Assembly (NCBI GenBank): GCA_028534125.1
Contig: CM052832.1
Coordinates: 10,418,001 to 10,482,000 of the forward strand
Reading direction: 5' to 3'
Length of the DNA stretch: 64,000 nt
Source: Lama glama
Taxonomy: Eukaryota
Of the stretch, positions 60,810-64,000 are shown piece by piece. Numbering within the stretch: position 1 is the first letter of the stretch; each line of letters starts with the position of its first letter. The translations under genes and the position numbers were made by a program. The notes below the pieces were generated by a model. The model ran no database searches and had not been told where the DNA came from. It worked only from the letters and a program-made list of their open reading frames with translations.

Positions 60810-61400
60810 TCCATTCCATTCTCTCCACTTATTAGCTCCTATTACATGTTATGCAAAGCACTGGGGATATTGAAAGCCAGACAAATGCCTGCTCTTCCTT
60901 GTGCTTGTGGTATAGAGGGAAGATAGACAACTAAATAAGCAGTAGCAATGTGCTGGGGTGAGTCCTACACTCGGGGAAGTACAGGTATAATTAGGACTTT
61001 GTATCTAATCTAGGTATCTGTGATCCAGGAAGACTTCCTGGAAAAAATGACATTTAAGCTAATATGAAACCTGAAGGATAAGTAAGAATTATCCAGGAGA
61101 ATCTGGGGTGAGATGGTGGGGTTGTGAGAAAAGTGTTCCCGGAAATGGGAACTGCATGGGCAAAATTCTGGCAGTGAGACTGAGCATGATGCATTTAAGG
61201 AATTGGAAAAAGTACACTACTGTTGGAAAACAGCCTGGGAAGGTGGGACTGGTGAGACACACACAGGAGACTCACCTTTGTGTACAGATTTAAGAATTTC
61301 AAGAGCAAGGACCATGTCTTTTACTCCTCTTGTGAGTTGAAGAGCTCAGGGCTGAATGTTAATGCTTGATGTTAACATTTGCATGAATGAATTTATGAGG
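60810..61400 (-). mobile_element. L2 fragments
   Basis: ttattagctcctattacatgttatgcaaagcactggggata...caggaagacttcctggaaaaaatgacatttaagct...ggaactgcatgggcaaa. Confidence 0.75.
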
Positions 61401-62704
61401 ACAAAACACCACAGGCATGCAAACTCCTAAAAATGCTCATCTTTTGTTATGTAGGTTAGGTAGCAACTCAAATACAATTTCCTAAAAGCACCATGACATT
61501 TGAGGTCAACTCACATTTTCATCACGGTTGGTCCCCTTGAGATTGGGGAACATATCTCCCTGCCATTCTGAGAATCTTGCCCTTTACCCTGCATTTCTGC
61601 CAGCTTCTGAGTGGGCGAATGGACCCCCAGCCTTCCTTGTCAGGTTCTGCCCAGCTGTCCCTCAGAGTCCCACGTGGTGGCCCAGGAGGCTGGGAGCCTC
61701 TGGCTCTATGGTTAAAGGCTCAATGAACATTTGGAATTTCGACCTGAGGAAGTAGTTACACAGAGCGGTCAAGACCAAAGATGGTATCAGAAAAGGAGCT
61801 GATACCAGGAGTAGAATTCATATTTACTACTCGTAATCCGTAGAGCCACGGACTCGTCCTTTGCTGGGATAGTTAAGACCTACCCACATGCACACACGCC
61901 TGAACATAGGGTGGGTCTCCTTGTCTTAAGTCTCACTATGGGGTGACGCTTGCTATCCCTCCCTTGCTATTTTATTCCACATTTTCAGTCATTTTCCCTA
62001 ATGAAACTATCAGGCAGAACTAATCCAAACATCGGCTTAATTAATCAACATTTGGCAGTCTATAACCACATGCTGCCGTCCAAATTACTTGTGACAACTT
62101 TCTTAATACAAAACCAAAACATCTACGGGGAAGCAGGGGCTCTGTCAGCTGGCTGGAGAGCATGGCTCTTCAATTTATCTAATGTGTTTTAATAAAGCTG
62201 CAATAAACCTTTAGTCTCCAGATGTGACAGGGAACATTTGGTTGCCAGAAAATGTCATTATTTTATTCTTAACTCATTAATGAAAACTTAAAGTGTCCTT
62301 GAGGTGTAGACATGTTCTCCCCAAGAGATACCCCTGGACAGAGGGGGAGTTCATGCTCCAAAGAGGCCTTCGGGTCCGGTGGTTGGTGCTGCGGGCAGCC
62401 AAGAAAGTAAATGTCGCCAGTTGGCTCCTTCTGAAGCTGAGATTCTTTCAGAGACTGACCTCAAGAACAGAAGAAGAATCCGAATAAGGATGATCATCTT
62501 TTCTATTTATTTGCTACTTCATGGTTCACAGAGTACTTTCATGCATCTGGTCTTATCTGATCTTACAATAGATGTAGGCGAGGGAGGAATTCATTCCTTC
62601 ATGTGCTCATTCCTTCACTCACCAGCAACATTCCTTAAGTACTTACTTGGTGCGAGGAATGAGGCTAGACATTGGAGACCCAGAAGTGAGCGAAATAGAT
62701 GTGG

Positions 62705-63400
62705 TCCTGCTGTGCTGGACATCTTCACTTACCCCTCCAGGTCCACTCCCCATCCTCCACCACCCTGCCCTGTGCCCTGCAGGCTCCCTATACGGACTGC
62801 GTCACCTGAACTGCCTTTGCTGTCTCCCTTCTTGTTGGGTTTGGTCAATGGGAAGCAGGAGACTGGAGGTGAGAGGAGATAGAGGCTGAGATATTCTTTC
62901 TCTTGGTTTCCCTCCTGCTGGGCTGAGGCCAGCAGGATCTGCATTCCTCTGCCCAAGGCCACAGCTCCCACTCCTCCTAAGAACAACCACATCTTTCCAG
63001 ATTCTAGTAAGCTCTCTCCCCTCTTGCCTCTTCAGGCCTAGGAAGGGTCCGCAAACCACTCTCAGACTTGATAACCTACTAGAAGAACTCAGAGAACTCA
63101 TGGTTATAGCTGATTAAAGGAAAGGACACAGACACACATCAGCCAGGGGAAGAAGTGCCGAGGACAGAGTCCACGAAAGGTACCGGATGTGGCGCTCTCA
63201 TGGCCTAGAGCTCTCATCATAAATCACACTGTTAGATGGCCTGGTGGTCAAAGCTCCAGCAAACAAAGATACTGTTCATACATGACATTTCAAGGGCCTA
63301 GAGATCACCTCCCAGCAGCTGAGAGCAAAGACCTCTCCTTGGGTAAAGTTAATTCTTTATTGCACATTAGCCCTTGTGGAGGACCTCTGTGTCCTGTTGA
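62705..63400. mobile_element. LTR33-like LTR with MER21-like LTR (about 63030-63366)
   Basis: ttgggtttggtcaatgggaagc (LTR33-like); ctagagatcacctcccagcagctgagagcaaagacctctccttgggtaaagttaattcttta (MER21-like). Confidence 0.65.
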
Positions 63401-63504
63401 CAGCTCTCCAGGCCCATAGAAAGCCTTGTTCAGACTGTGAGCTCAGCCTGGCTGGCTTACATCAGTTTCTCAGATGGTAGAGGAAGGATCTAGAGGTGTT
63501 TAAT

Positions 63505-64000
63505 CCAATTTTTAAAAACATATTTGTTGTTTTGCTCTATTATAAAATTAACAAATGCACATAGTAAATTTTTGTAACAAAGTTCCCCATCATATAACAT
63601 AATCCAGAAGTATATACAAAACAGAAGGTTCCCCATAATTCAAGAAATAACTGTTCCTAAAAATTTAGTTTATATTATTCCTATGCATATTTTAACATAC
63701 AAATATGTAATTACTTTGAACAAAAATGATGTACTATACTTAGTGTTCTGTAACTTGCTTTTTCCCCTTAGCAGTATATCATAGACGTGACATGGAGATG
63801 TCACCACATATAAATGAACCTCATTTTTTCAATGGCTGAAGAATATTCCAGTGTGAATGTACCACAATTTAACCAATTGCTTATTAATAGACATGTAGGT
63901 TATTGCAATTTTTTTTCTAATTCAAACAATGCTGCAATGAACATCCTTGTACATATATAATTGGGCCCTGTGCTAACATTTCTGTAGGGCAAATTCTTTA
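63505..64000 (-). mobile_element. Ancient L1 (L1ME-like) 3' end, truncated by window edge
   Basis: tgttctgtaacttgcttttt...aatattccagtgtgaatgtaccacaatttaacca...aaacaatgctgcaatgaacatccttgtacata. Confidence 0.85.

Noticed and set aside
1..64000. CRISPR arrays, operons, tRNA/rRNA genes, intact retroviral or transposase ORFs
   Set aside because: None seen; the sequence is eukaryotic and all TE coding remnants are disrupted

Overview
Mammalian genomic DNA, repeat-rich and largely intergenic/intronic, with no intact protein-coding gene, RNA gene or CRISPR array that I can support; the six-frame ORFs are chance or repeat-derived. The repeat inventory (cetartiodactyl-type L1 3' ends, no recognisable Bov-tA/BovB, CHR or PRE1 SINEs, no Alu/B1) suggests a camelid-like host (inference). 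Recognisable content: a near full-length decayed Tigger1 (47.9-50.2 kb), other Tigger/hAT MITEs, several MaLR (MLT1) and ERVL LTRs, L1/L2/MIR fragments, a legible CR1/L3 reverse transcriptase fragment (1.1-1.4 kb), microsatellites and a 500-N gap (36151-36650). The best leads are: (1) a chain of phase-compatible minus-strand exons at 23.4-27.0 kb, with coding-like blocks up to 32.6 kb, that looks like a decayed multi-exon protein-coding gene (candidate unitary pseudogene, identity unknown); (2) an A-B...B-A(inverted) duplication at 8.9-11.0 kb; (3) a 33-bp templated insertion in an LTR copied from 1.4 kb away; (4) a probable promoter/non-coding first exon at about 57.5-58.1 kb. I found no evidence of a new biological system beyond these. 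Repeat family names come from recalled consensus sequences, not from a search.
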